Part shown: positions 1 through 7,223 of the stretch, piece after piece
How positions within the stretch are numbered: position 1 is the stretch's first letter
Layout: each line of letters opens with the position of its first letter
Virus record (IMG/VR): IMGVR_UViG_3300002098_000077
Span: 1 to 38,024 of that record
Reading direction: 5' to 3' (one strand)
Source: a virus
Lineage: Duplodnaviria > Caudoviricetes
Length of the DNA: 38,024 nt
Notes under the pieces: generated by a model
Databases searched by the model: none
The model's input: only the letters and a program-made list of their open reading frames with translations
Told to the model about the DNA's origin: nothing
Program-made: the position numbers and the translations under genes

Positions 1-14
1 TGCTCTTCCGATCT
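1..14 (+). other. Illumina adapter remnant (artefact)
   Basis: TGCTCTTCCGATCT equals the 3' end of the TruSeq read primer and sits at the contig edge. Confidence 0.93.
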
Positions 15-129
15 CTCTATATTGGCCTCAAAATATTTAAGTTCTTAAAGTAAAAATCTGTTTAGGCTTGCGTACAGCCTCTTAGAGGCCATGATGATGC
101 CTAGTTAATATATTGGTATCAACTATGCT

Positions 130-462
130 TTAAATGCCTCTATCGTCCTGTATTGGCAATGGCACATCATTCGGCCATTTACCAGCCTTATTCAATATAT
201 GTACTGTTTTGATGTGAGCATTTGTCCACATCAATTGCCTATCCTGCTTACTTAACTTGTTTCCTTGGTCTATTTCAGCATGGCAAGATTGGCATAAAGC
301 CGCTATTAAATTGTCATCTGCTTTAATTCCTCTACCTTTGCCACCACCCCAATTAGTATGAGCTGCCTGTGTTTGCCCATCAATGCCGCAGTGTTGACAA
401 GATAATTCAGAAACTAATTTTAATAACTTTTTACTTCGTATGTAATTATGCTTTGAGTACAT
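130..462 (-). CDS. Zn-binding HNH-like nuclease-fold protein (DUF968/DUF1364-like), nin-type region
   Basis: CQHCG...AAHTN...KADD..IAALCQSCHAEID motif pattern. Confidence 0.7.
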   Translation of the reverse strand: MYSKHNYIRSKKLLKLVSELSCQHCGIDGQTQAAHTNWGGGKGRGIKADDNLIAALCQSCHAEIDQGNKLSKQDRQLMWTNAHIKTVHILNKAGKWPNDVPLPIQDDRGI

Positions 463-920
463 TAGACCTCGACCACATCACGACCCTTAGATCGTATGTA
501 GTTCGCCATCGTGTTGATAACCTGTTCATATTCTGCGCGTGTTACCGACTGCCGCTGTAAATCATGGTATGCATACACCTCCCGCAGCGCGTGTAGACCA
601 GCGTCAGACAGCTTCATTGTCTTTGTCTGCTCATAGTATTCGGCTGTCTCAATCATCGCCGCCTGTGCTATTTGACAGTACTCCATGACCTCAATGCCAA
701 CACCAACCTTGGCAAACTGTTCAGCCAAGTTGGTCATATCAATCAGATGCGACCAATCGGTAACCGTCCCCATACCTTTTGCCATTGACTCTAGTGATGC
801 CAGTTCCAGCATCCTCAGTTTGTTTAATACCCGATCTGATGTGGGTTTAACGCCATCCATCACATATTCCATCGGGTTGTAGATCAATGGCCTGATCTTG
901 CGTTTGCATTGCTTCCTCAT
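462..920 (-). CDS. hypothetical phage protein
   Basis: ORF; start moved to MRKQCKR (ATG 920), giving an ATGA overlap with the upstream gene. Confidence 0.75.
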   Translation of the reverse strand: MRKQCKRKIRPLIYNPMEYVMDGVKPTSDRVLNKLRMLELASLESMAKGMGTVTDWSHLIDMTNLAEQFAKVGVGIEVMEYCQIAQAAMIETAEYYEQTKTMKLSDAGLHALREVYAYHDLQRQSVTRAEYEQVINTMANYIRSKGRDVVEV

Positions 921-1237
921 GTCATCGCCCTGTCCTGATTCCGATTGTTTGCCTGTTCGCTGCGCCAGATGTCGATTCTGGCCTGTGCTGCGACTATTTC
1001 CCACTTGAGAGTCTCTTCAAACTCAATGGCGACCCTGAGTCCATCCAATAAAGCAACATATTCTGGATGGGCATATGCGTCACGCTCTTGGGCAGCATTT
1101 GTCTTTTCTTTGCTGTCCTTCATTAACAAGGCTTTTTTGGACTTTCGATATTCTTCAATCCATACTCTGTTTGCTTTTGCTACCGCGAATTTACCGGCGT
1201 TTTCAATAATGTAGTCAACTGCTTTATGCGGATTCAT
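917..1237 (-). CDS. hypothetical helical/coiled-coil phage protein
   Basis: 106-aa ORF with ATGA overlaps on both sides. Confidence 0.75.
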   Translation of the reverse strand: MNPHKAVDYIIENAGKFAVAKANRVWIEEYRKSKKALLMKDSKEKTNAAQERDAYAHPEYVALLDGLRVAIEFEETLKWEIVAAQARIDIWRSEQANNRNQDRAMT

Positions 1238-1455
1238 AGCGTCAAATCCAATTGAATTTCCGGCTTTTGAGTTTTATTCTTGGCTTTCTTGGCCTTCTTT
1301 TCTACCACAAACACATCCGACCTAACCAGTGGTTGGTCAAGATCGTTGTAATCCACGGTGTATGAATGTCCTTGATATGTGCAGCCGCCGTAATGTCGGG
1401 AAACCGACAGTTGAGTGTCCATCCAACCATAAATCTTTTCTGGTGCTTTAATCAT
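1234..1455 (-). CDS. hypothetical protein
   Basis: 73-aa ORF in an ATGA-coupled chain. Confidence 0.65.
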   Translation of the reverse strand: MIKAPEKIYGWMDTQLSVSRHYGGCTYQGHSYTVDYNDLDQPLVRSDVFVVEKKAKKAKNKTQKPEIQLDLTL

Positions 1456-1604
1456 GTGTTCTTCTCTACTTGAGGAAATGTTGAGGATAGAAAGCGAAAT
1501 GCCGTGTCGCCATCCTTGAGTAACACCGTGATAGTTGCCGCTTGCAGATCGATTCCATAAATCAGCATCAGCGCTTCCATGATTCTTTGCGTTTCGTTGT
1601 TCAT
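1452..1604 (-). CDS. small hypothetical protein (50 aa, MNNETQRIMEALMLIYG...), not in ORF track
   Basis: Hand-translated; fills the gap exactly with ATGA overlaps at both ends. Confidence 0.7.
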   Translation of the reverse strand: MNNETQRIMEALMLIYGIDLQAATITVLLKDGDTAFRFLSSTFPQVEKNT

Positions 1605-2125
1605 GTCTTATCTCCTATGCCGTGGGCGGCTTCAACCATGTCGATCAAAATTGATTCGGCATTCCATCTGGACTTGTCCGGTTCAAACGCTGTTAGTAAA
1701 TCAAGCCGTTGCTCGTGAGTCAGCGGCTGGCGTTGGGGTGGTGATGCGTAGAGTGGCGCGATATTTCTAAACCGTTCTGGGTCGTTTGGCGGTTGCACAA
1801 ATTCAACTTCATCAAACCATTGCAGATCACCCATAAACGCTGCTCGGTATTCTTGGCACATCCAAGCCACTGGCTCCTGCTCTGGCTGTGTCTTTGGTTT
1901 GCAGGCGTCATTAAATCCTTCTGCATACCCCATTGCATAGTCTCCCGTTGCGGGAATTCCCGTAACGCCCACAGGCTCCTGCTCTGGCTGTGCTTGCACT
2001 TCTTTGATTGCGGTGATTGCAATATTCACAGTTTCTTCTGTTGCCCAGTCATCCTCTTCTTTAACGTAGTTTTGGGCCAACTCCAGCGCCTCAAGCGCCA
2101 TCTTCAGTGCTTCGTCTTTAGTCAT
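1601..2125 (-). CDS. modular hypothetical phage protein with QPEQEPV linkers
   Basis: MTKDEALKMALEALE N-terminus, two QPEQEPV motifs, PLYASPPQR motif. Confidence 0.75.
   Translation of the reverse strand: MTKDEALKMALEALELAQNYVKEEDDWATEETVNIAITAIKEVQAQPEQEPVGVTGIPATGDYAMGYAEGFNDACKPKTQPEQEPVAWMCQEYRAAFMGDLQWFDEVEFVQPPNDPERFRNIAPLYASPPQRQPLTHEQRLDLLTAFEPDKSRWNAESILIDMVEAAHGIGDKT
1872..1992. repeat. 19-bp direct repeat GGCTCCTGCTCTGGCTGTG (1872-1890, 1974-1992)
   Basis: Exact repeat encoding the QPEQEP linker. Confidence 0.9.
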
Positions 2126-2128
2126 GTT

Positions 2129-2410
2129 TTATGCCTCAATAATGTTTAATGCGTCTTCAATGCTATTTGCAACTTTTAATGTGCCGCCTGTCCACTTTTT
2201 GTGCCAAACCTCTTGATCTGGCGTTAGCTTTCGGGCTGATGGAACTTTACTTCCGTCTTTCACTTCAATTAAGTAGGACTTACCCTGATAACCGACCAAT
2301 AAATCAGGAACGCCGTCCCCGACTGCGGCCAATGATTGAACTGTGGCTCCCATTTTTCTCAATGCTTTAACAATTTCAGGTTGATTAGCATCAATCTTTG
2401 CTGCTCTCAT
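2129..2410 (-). CDS. PD-(D/E)XK nuclease, VRR-NUC/Holliday-junction-resolvase-like
   Basis: DANQPEIVKALR...GVPDLLVG...LIEVKDG..LTPDQ; start at MRAAKID (2410). Confidence 0.85.
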   Translation of the reverse strand: MRAAKIDANQPEIVKALRKMGATVQSLAAVGDGVPDLLVGYQGKSYLIEVKDGSKVPSARKLTPDQEVWHKKWTGGTLKVANSIEDALNIIEA

Positions 2411-2670
2411 CTTTTCTTCCTTTCTCTGACAACCTCTGGCTCCAATGCAATCGGGCCTTTGGCTAACTTCCGAATCATGGCCTCGTCCAAACCTACCGCC
2501 ACCGAATCTGCCAACGCCTTTCGCCGCATTACCGCACATTGTTCCGCTCCAATTCGACATTTGCCAATACGCTGGATGAATCTAGCAGCGCAGTACACGC
2601 ATTTCAGCGAGTCAAATATGCGCCCATGATTGCCGCATTCACGGGCAGCGTCACATTCCTTACAAGTCAT
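2407..2670 (-). CDS. Cys-rich hypothetical protein (putative Zn finger)
   Basis: CKEC and CVYC pairs; ATGA overlap with downstream gene. Confidence 0.6.
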   Translation of the reverse strand: MTCKECDAARECGNHGRIFDSLKCVYCAARFIQRIGKCRIGAEQCAVMRRKALADSVAVGLDEAMIRKLAKGPIALEPEVVRERKKR

Positions 2671-2773
2671 CAAGATCACCCGTTAGCCGCAAGGCTTCAA
2701 GAATTACGGCAATCGTAAAAACCTTGCCGTCTTTGACCTGATCCAGAATTTTCATGGCTTCAAAGTAATTCAT
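2660..2773 (-). CDS. small hypothetical protein (37 aa, MNYFEAMKILDQVKDG...), not in ORF track
   Basis: Hand-translated; ATGA overlap with the replication gene stop. Confidence 0.6.
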   Translation of the reverse strand: MNYFEAMKILDQVKDGKVFTIAVILEALRLTGDLDDL

Positions 2774-3516
2774 GATTGTGCTACCGGCTTGCGAAGGGCC
2801 GCCAAACGCGCCAGAACCTCCAAGGTTGGGCCGTTTTTAGGAATCAATGCCTCTGCCGCATCTCTGCGCTTCGTGGCCTCGTAGTCGCTGCTATCAGCTA
2901 CGGTTGTTCGGGTAATGTCGGCTTTGACTTGCGAAAATGTTGACGTTTGCTTTTGGACAGACTGACTTCGTATCCAGTTTCTCCAAGTGGCAGTCCAATC
3001 CAGCTTGATTCCTTTTGGCGCTGCTATCCAATAATCTTTAAACGCATCAAACGTTTTATGCGCGTTTAGGTCTGGCCGCTCTTGGTTGCAAAAGGCAATC
3101 CATTCTTCGTGTAAAACAAAATCGGTTGGTAAGCGGGAACCGCGCTTCTGTTTTGCCTTCTTCTCTGTCTCTCTCTCTGTCTCTCTCTCTCTCTCTGGGA
3201 TAGCAACTTGCTTGCTCAATGCTAGCACTCCGCTAGCAATTACGAAAAAACCTTTATCAATCAATGGCTTAAGACCTTGATCGTATTCCTTGTCAGTGAT
3301 GTGAAGGCGAAAGCCAAGCTCTTCAATGGAGGCGTCAAAAATGCCCTCTTTGTGTTCGGATGCTAGCAACCAGAGTAACGGTGCAAGCGCTTTGCTAGCA
3401 AGTGGCAAGCGCATGAAATCACGGTCAATTAGTAGATCGCGGTGGAGTTTGATCCACGGTGGGCAACGGTCTTTGTAGTGCTGAAAGACCGCCCAGTTTT
3501 TGGGCATAAGGAGCAT
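2770..3516 (-). CDS. phage replication initiator / replisome organizer (O-like)
   Basis: NWAVFQHYKDRCPPWIKLHRDLL N-terminus, ERETE linker, C-terminal FKDYW...DWTATWRNW domain. Confidence 0.8.
   Translation of the reverse strand: MLLMPKNWAVFQHYKDRCPPWIKLHRDLLIDRDFMRLPLASKALAPLLWLLASEHKEGIFDASIEELGFRLHITDKEYDQGLKPLIDKGFFVIASGVLALSKQVAIPERERETERETEKKAKQKRGSRLPTDFVLHEEWIAFCNQERPDLNAHKTFDAFKDYWIAAPKGIKLDWTATWRNWIRSQSVQKQTSTFSQVKADITRTTVADSSDYEATKRRDAAEALIPKNGPTLEVLARLAALRKPVAQS
3162..3196. repeat. (TC)n-rich microsatellite within the replication gene
   Basis: tctctgtctctctctctgtctctctctctctctct, encodes ERERETERETE. Confidence 0.85.
3220..3400. promoter_or_regulatory. candidate replication-origin iterons (YGCTAGCA x4)
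   Basis: Copies at 3220-3227, 3231-3238, 3361-3368 and 3393-3400 inside the initiator gene, as for lambdoid origins. Confidence 0.45.
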
Positions 3517-3529
3517 AGTTTTTCCATTC

Positions 3530-3610
3530 AACCCCCTCAAGAAAGAAACGCCAGCAGACGGAAGGGTACGCTTTTCGGTTCGGGGATCAGTCCAAACCTA
3601 TCTGGGTTTC
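3530..3610 (-). ncRNA. candidate structured leader RNA of the replication gene
   Basis: GAAAC-CCAG/CUGG-C-GUUUC outer stem, GGUUUGG/CCGAACC hairpin, loop CCCUUC complementary to downstream GAGGGG. Confidence 0.55.
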
Positions 3611-3615
3611 AAGCA

Positions 3616-4821
3616 TTATATAGATGCTTTTTCTTTTTTCAATTGAAGATATTTTCCATATGCTTCGCTTTTAGGCTGAGTCAATCCAAGTCCTTTGCAC
3701 CACCAGTCATTACGCAATAAAACCTTGCACATTCTCCGCCAAGATGGTGCCCATTGTTTATCTTCTAAAATTTTAGGCGCTTCATCTGGAATACCATCAA
3801 TATACCCTCTACCTTTCCAGCCTTTAATAAATCCTCTAAATCTTTTAATGTAATGATCTCTTGTTGGTTTTGGCAAAGATTGCAGCATTAAATTAGTAAA
3901 AGATTTCCATGTGTGACCATCTGGTTTGTTAATTTTGTTATAACCCATAATGTTGCCATTTTCTTGCACATATAAAGCGCCACTATTTGCGCCATTAACT
4001 CGTGCAATCAATTTAAACCATGTCGCCGGTTCTAAAATATGATACAGCCATAATCCACGCCTTTGATCATCACCATAAGGTTGACATAGTCTTTGTTGAC
4101 TAATTGGCACTCCAGCTTTATGCATTAAATCATAAATTTCATTGTGTGGTTTATTTGGAAATTTAGAATGATAACGCCAAATATCTTCGGTACGCCAATC
4201 ATAAATTGGATAAACGCTATATAAATTTTCGCCAACAAGCGTTGTAAAGCGTTTATTACCGTGCATTTTTTTATCGCTTAAAGCAATAGTGCGAAAACGA
4301 TTTAAACTTTCATCAGCACGAATACCAACAAACCCGCCACATGATTGTCCTTGGGCATACCACAGACCAAATAAAACCATAAATTCTTCAAATTCCATTC
4401 CAGGCTGAAAAAATGGATAAAAATTTATATCGTTAATTGTGTTTTCTGGAATTTCTCTAACCCAAATTTCTTTTTTTTCAGATTCCCAACACATCCATCT
4501 TGGCTCGTAATTTGTTACCGCATTTCTAAGCAATAGTGGTAAACAAACCCAGTGCAGATCAATGTTGCTTTTGTACATATTAATCATTTCGTGCAAATGA
4601 TCAATAGTATGTGAGTATTGAGCTTCAAGATCAATTATTAAAACGCCAACAATTCTATTGCGTTTAATTGCCTCCTGCATTACAAGATGCAGCATCACAC
4701 TGCTATCTTTACCTCCGCTAAAACTTACATAAATTTTTTCAAAATTATCAAAAGCATAATTGACGCGATCCAAAGCGGCATCGTAAACATTTTGATCTTT
4801 GTATTTTTTTAAATTAGTCAT
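3616..4821 (-). CDS. ibrA: PAPS-reductase-like PP-loop protein with DUF3440 (IbrA/YbdN family)
   Basis: SFSGGKDS PP-loop, IDLEAQY, GIRADESLNR, YPIYDW, QRLCQPYG, PSWRRMCKVLLRNDWWC. Confidence 0.88.
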   Translation of the reverse strand: MTNLKKYKDQNVYDAALDRVNYAFDNFEKIYVSFSGGKDSSVMLHLVMQEAIKRNRIVGVLIIDLEAQYSHTIDHLHEMINMYKSNIDLHWVCLPLLLRNAVTNYEPRWMCWESEKKEIWVREIPENTINDINFYPFFQPGMEFEEFMVLFGLWYAQGQSCGGFVGIRADESLNRFRTIALSDKKMHGNKRFTTLVGENLYSVYPIYDWRTEDIWRYHSKFPNKPHNEIYDLMHKAGVPISQQRLCQPYGDDQRRGLWLYHILEPATWFKLIARVNGANSGALYVQENGNIMGYNKINKPDGHTWKSFTNLMLQSLPKPTRDHYIKRFRGFIKGWKGRGYIDGIPDEAPKILEDKQWAPSWRRMCKVLLRNDWWCKGLGLTQPKSEAYGKYLQLKKEKASI

Positions 4822-4822
4822 A

Positions 4823-5248
4823 TTAATATAAATTTGCTTCTGTTTTAGATTGAGCTTCTTCAATTGATAATGATGGCTCGTTTCTTTTGTTAAGCCATTT
4901 ATTTAAAAATTTAAGAGCTGAAGTATTTGCGGCTAATTGTTGTTCTGAAGACAACAAATTAAACCCGCCCCGATAAATTGCTGGAATCCCTTTTGCATAA
5001 CAAAGTGAAGCCTGTCCAAGCCATGCAATTCTATTCATGCTTTCATTGCTTAAGTAATGTTCGCAGCTTTTGGGCCATTCAATAAGAACTGATTGCATAG
5101 CGGCTTCAAACATTGCCGTATCATTTAAAAAATCTGCATATATTTTTTTGCAATCATCATCCGATAAAGTTTTATCTTTAGCTTTTGAATCATAAAAACC
5201 AGCTGGATAACATTCCCATTTGTCCCAAGTATGGTAAATGCGCTTCAT
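4823..5248 (-). CDS. unknown protein between ibrB-like and ibrA-like genes
   Basis: 141-aa ORF; ATGA overlap with the ParB gene and 1-nt gap to ibrA; YHTWDKWEC and NRIAWLGQA motifs. Confidence 0.8.
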   Translation of the reverse strand: MKRIYHTWDKWECYPAGFYDSKAKDKTLSDDDCKKIYADFLNDTAMFEAAMQSVLIEWPKSCEHYLSNESMNRIAWLGQASLCYAKGIPAIYRGGFNLLSSEQQLAANTSALKFLNKWLNKRNEPSLSIEEAQSKTEANLY

Positions 5249-5958
5249 GCATCGCGCTCCTGGTCATTTAATGAAACTTCTTCATCTTCAAAATTATCAA
5301 TATCCCAAGAATTAGAAAAAGATTCATCTGAAAACAATTCAGCCAATCCACTTAATTGGCAAAGACGCAAAACTTCATCGGCATCCATGCCAAGATTTTT
5401 TGAAATTTTTTCATCAGACCAATTGCGTTTTTTAAGCTCAATAACAATGTCTGACATTGCTTCAACTTTGTGTTTTCCGCGAGCACGGTTATGACGAATT
5501 GTTGCGGCCATTCGATCGGTTTTATCGGTTTGACTTTTGCGAATTTGCACTAATGGCAAATATCCATGCACTCGACTTTGAATATCGGCGCATTCTTTGC
5601 CAACACGATGCCTATGAAATCCGTCAATGACTTCATATCGACCATCTGGATCGGGTGTTGAAACAATTGGCTGTGTGTAACCATCTGCATCAATAGAAAG
5701 CCTTAGCAATTCCATTTCTGGCGGTGCAACACTATTTGGGTTGTAATCATTAGAATGAACCAATGGATTTTTTACCCATTTTACAAAATCAACTGGTTCT
5801 GTTTTAAATGGGCTAATCTGATGCAACATTTCACGCAAAGCGTTTATGGCATCTACTTTTTCATCCAGTGGCAATTGACCAACATCAAAAAAAGCAGATT
5901 TGCAATCATCTATTAATGATTGAACTTTTTTTTCATTAAACATCTCAATGGTTACCAT
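5245..5958 (-). CDS. ibrB: ParB/Sulfiredoxin-domain protein (IbrB/YbdM family)
   Basis: NDYNPNSVAPPEMELLRLSIDADGYTQPIV, VIDGFHR, ATIRHNRARGKH, C-terminal HTH-like segment; start moved to MVTIEM (5958). Confidence 0.88.
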   Translation of the reverse strand: MVTIEMFNEKKVQSLIDDCKSAFFDVGQLPLDEKVDAINALREMLHQISPFKTEPVDFVKWVKNPLVHSNDYNPNSVAPPEMELLRLSIDADGYTQPIVSTPDPDGRYEVIDGFHRHRVGKECADIQSRVHGYLPLVQIRKSQTDKTDRMAATIRHNRARGKHKVEAMSDIVIELKKRNWSDEKISKNLGMDADEVLRLCQLSGLAELFSDESFSNSWDIDNFEDEEVSLNDQERDA

Positions 5959-5967
5959 TTTTTTTCC

Positions 5968-6072
5968 AAAAAAAAAGGTTACACCTGCTGTCTCATCTTT
6001 CGATGTTGGCGGACTGGCGTAGTACCAGCAGACAGCATGTGTAACCCGACTACGAAACGCCGCCAAGCGTTA
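5968..6072 (-). ncRNA. C4/CI-like antisense RNA with upstream complementary sites and U-tract
   Basis: Stems GGUUACAC/GUGUAACC and UGCUGUCU/AGACAGCA close a junction with hairpins GCUGG-UACUACG-CCAGU and CAUC-GAAA-GAUG; CCGCCAA and ACUACG match upstream UUGGCGG and CGUAGU; ends in U9. Confidence 0.7.
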
Positions 6073-6081
6073 TTTTCATAA

Positions 6082-6087
6082 ATTATA
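6082..6087 (-). promoter_or_regulatory. putative -10 box of leftward promoter
   Basis: Perfect TATAAT about 10 nt before the structured RNA; no convincing -35. Confidence 0.5.
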
Positions 6088-6107
6088 AGCCTGTTTTGCG
6101 TTTGAAC

Positions 6108-6125
6108 ATTAGGGATTCCCCTAAT
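6108..6125. promoter_or_regulatory. operator-like inverted repeat ATTAGGG-N4-CCCTAAT
   Basis: 7-bp arms in the divergent intergenic region; related site AGGG-N5-CCCT at ~6876-6888, both followed by TAAAATAATTT. Confidence 0.6.
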
Positions 6126-6221
6126 AAAATAATTTAAATTTATCGGAAAAGACCCACATTTGATGACACAATTCATGTATGCCCTAGCGATTTGCCAAGG
6201 GTCTTTTAAGGAACTACTAAT

Positions 6222-6470
6222 ATGAGTTATTACGAATACACACAACAGGTTGCCCGTGATTGCCAAAAAGCCGAGGGCGACGAACGCCGCGCCGCCGCAG
6301 CTTTAAAAGATCGCAAAGCCCAAGTAAGAAAAGTTTTGCAGCCTGAGTACACAGATGTTGCAGAATGGACAAGTACCCAAATAAAAGTTTATGGGTTAAC
6401 TAGCGAAATACTGATTGAATCCAATGCTCGCATTGCCAAGTTGGACGCACTTGTCGCTGCTACTGTTTAA
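6222..6470 (+). CDS. hypothetical early protein
   Basis: ORF with TAAGGA SD. Confidence 0.7.
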   Translation: MSYYEYTQQVARDCQKAEGDERRAAAALKDRKAQVRKVLQPEYTDVAEWTSTQIKVYGLTSEILIESNARIAKLDALVAATV

Positions 6471-6473
6471 ATT

Positions 6474-6677
6474 ATGAAAACACATCAAATGCACTTAAAC
6501 AAAGGCGGCAGCGGTTTTACATCACGTACAGCTTGTGGCCGTAACATTCTTCGCACCCCAATGAGTACCGATTGGGAAAACTTCAAAATGGAAGCTGCTG
6601 CCTACCGCTGCATCAAATGCACATCAAGCAAGCAATTTGAAGTCAACACCCGCAGCGATGATCGCAAAGCAAAATGA
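6474..6677 (+). CDS. small Cys/His hypothetical protein
   Basis: H...TACG...CIKC; ATGA-coupled to the next gene. Confidence 0.65.
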   Translation: MKTHQMHLNKGGSGFTSRTACGRNILRTPMSTDWENFKMEAAAYRCIKCTSSKQFEVNTRSDDRKAK

Positions 6678-6892
6678 TTGATTCAATCCCCAACAAATAT
6701 GCCAAGCGCATTGACAGTCTCAGCAACGCCAGTGGCCGTTATGCAGTCGGCCTTAAAGCTGGCTGGTATGTGCGAGTACCGGGGCAGCACAAGTTCACTG
6801 AAGACGAAATGAAGGATGTGATTGCGACAATGCATTGGCACACTCATGTTTGCGAATGTGTTGCTTGCGAGTCTAAGGGTAAGTCCCTATAA
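6674..6892 (+). CDS. hypothetical protein with C-terminal CECVAC
   Basis: 72-aa ORF, ATGA overlap. Confidence 0.6.
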   Translation: MIDSIPNKYAKRIDSLSNASGRYAVGLKAGWYVRVPGQHKFTEDEMKDVIATMHWHTHVCECVACESKGKSL

Positions 6893-6898
6893 AATAAT

Positions 6899-6927
6899 TT
6901 CTACCAGCCCTTTTTTGGGCCTAGAAT
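6899..6927 (+). promoter_or_regulatory. putative sigma70-like early promoter
   Basis: TTCTAC-17 nt-TAGAAT downstream of the second operator-like site. Confidence 0.4.
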
Positions 6928-6969
6928 AACAACCAATCCGCAGCACATCGCAGCGGTCTTTTGAGGCAA

Positions 6970-7170
6970 ATGGAAATGATTACAGTTGAATACATTAAAG
7001 AGTTAAAAATGTGGAGAGCCGGTTATTCCGATGAAATCGGTCAACTTGGGCATGGCTTTACAGCAAAAAAACAAACCGATGCCATTTTTGCTTTGGGGAT
7101 GCAGATGGGTCGTAATCCAGATCGTTACAGTCGTCCTTTGGGCGACTATCTTGACAAACTATCTAAGTAA
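6970..7170 (+). CDS. hypothetical protein
   Basis: ORF after GAGG SD; ATG at 6970 or 6976. Confidence 0.65.
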   Translation: MEMITVEYIKELKMWRAGYSDEIGQLGHGFTAKKQTDAIFALGMQMGRNPDRYSRPLGDYLDKLSK

Positions 7171-7177
7171 GTTAACG

Positions 7178-7213
7178 GGGGGCGTTTGCCCCCTAATTCC
7201 CAAACGTTTTTTT
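7178..7213 (+). terminator. GC-rich hairpin, possible weak terminator or processing site
   Basis: GGGGGC-GTTT-GCCCCC; T-run displaced by ~13 nt. Confidence 0.35.
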
Positions 7214-7223
7214 AAGATAAATT

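Noticed and set aside
3616-4821. Sulfate-assimilation cysH auxiliary metabolic gene
   Set aside because: Lacks the C-terminal ECGLH motif; DUF3440-type tail and ParB partner point to the IbrA family
5959-6066. N-terminal extension of the ParB ORF to 6066
   Set aside because: Runs through the structured RNA and U-tract; ATG at 5958 fits better
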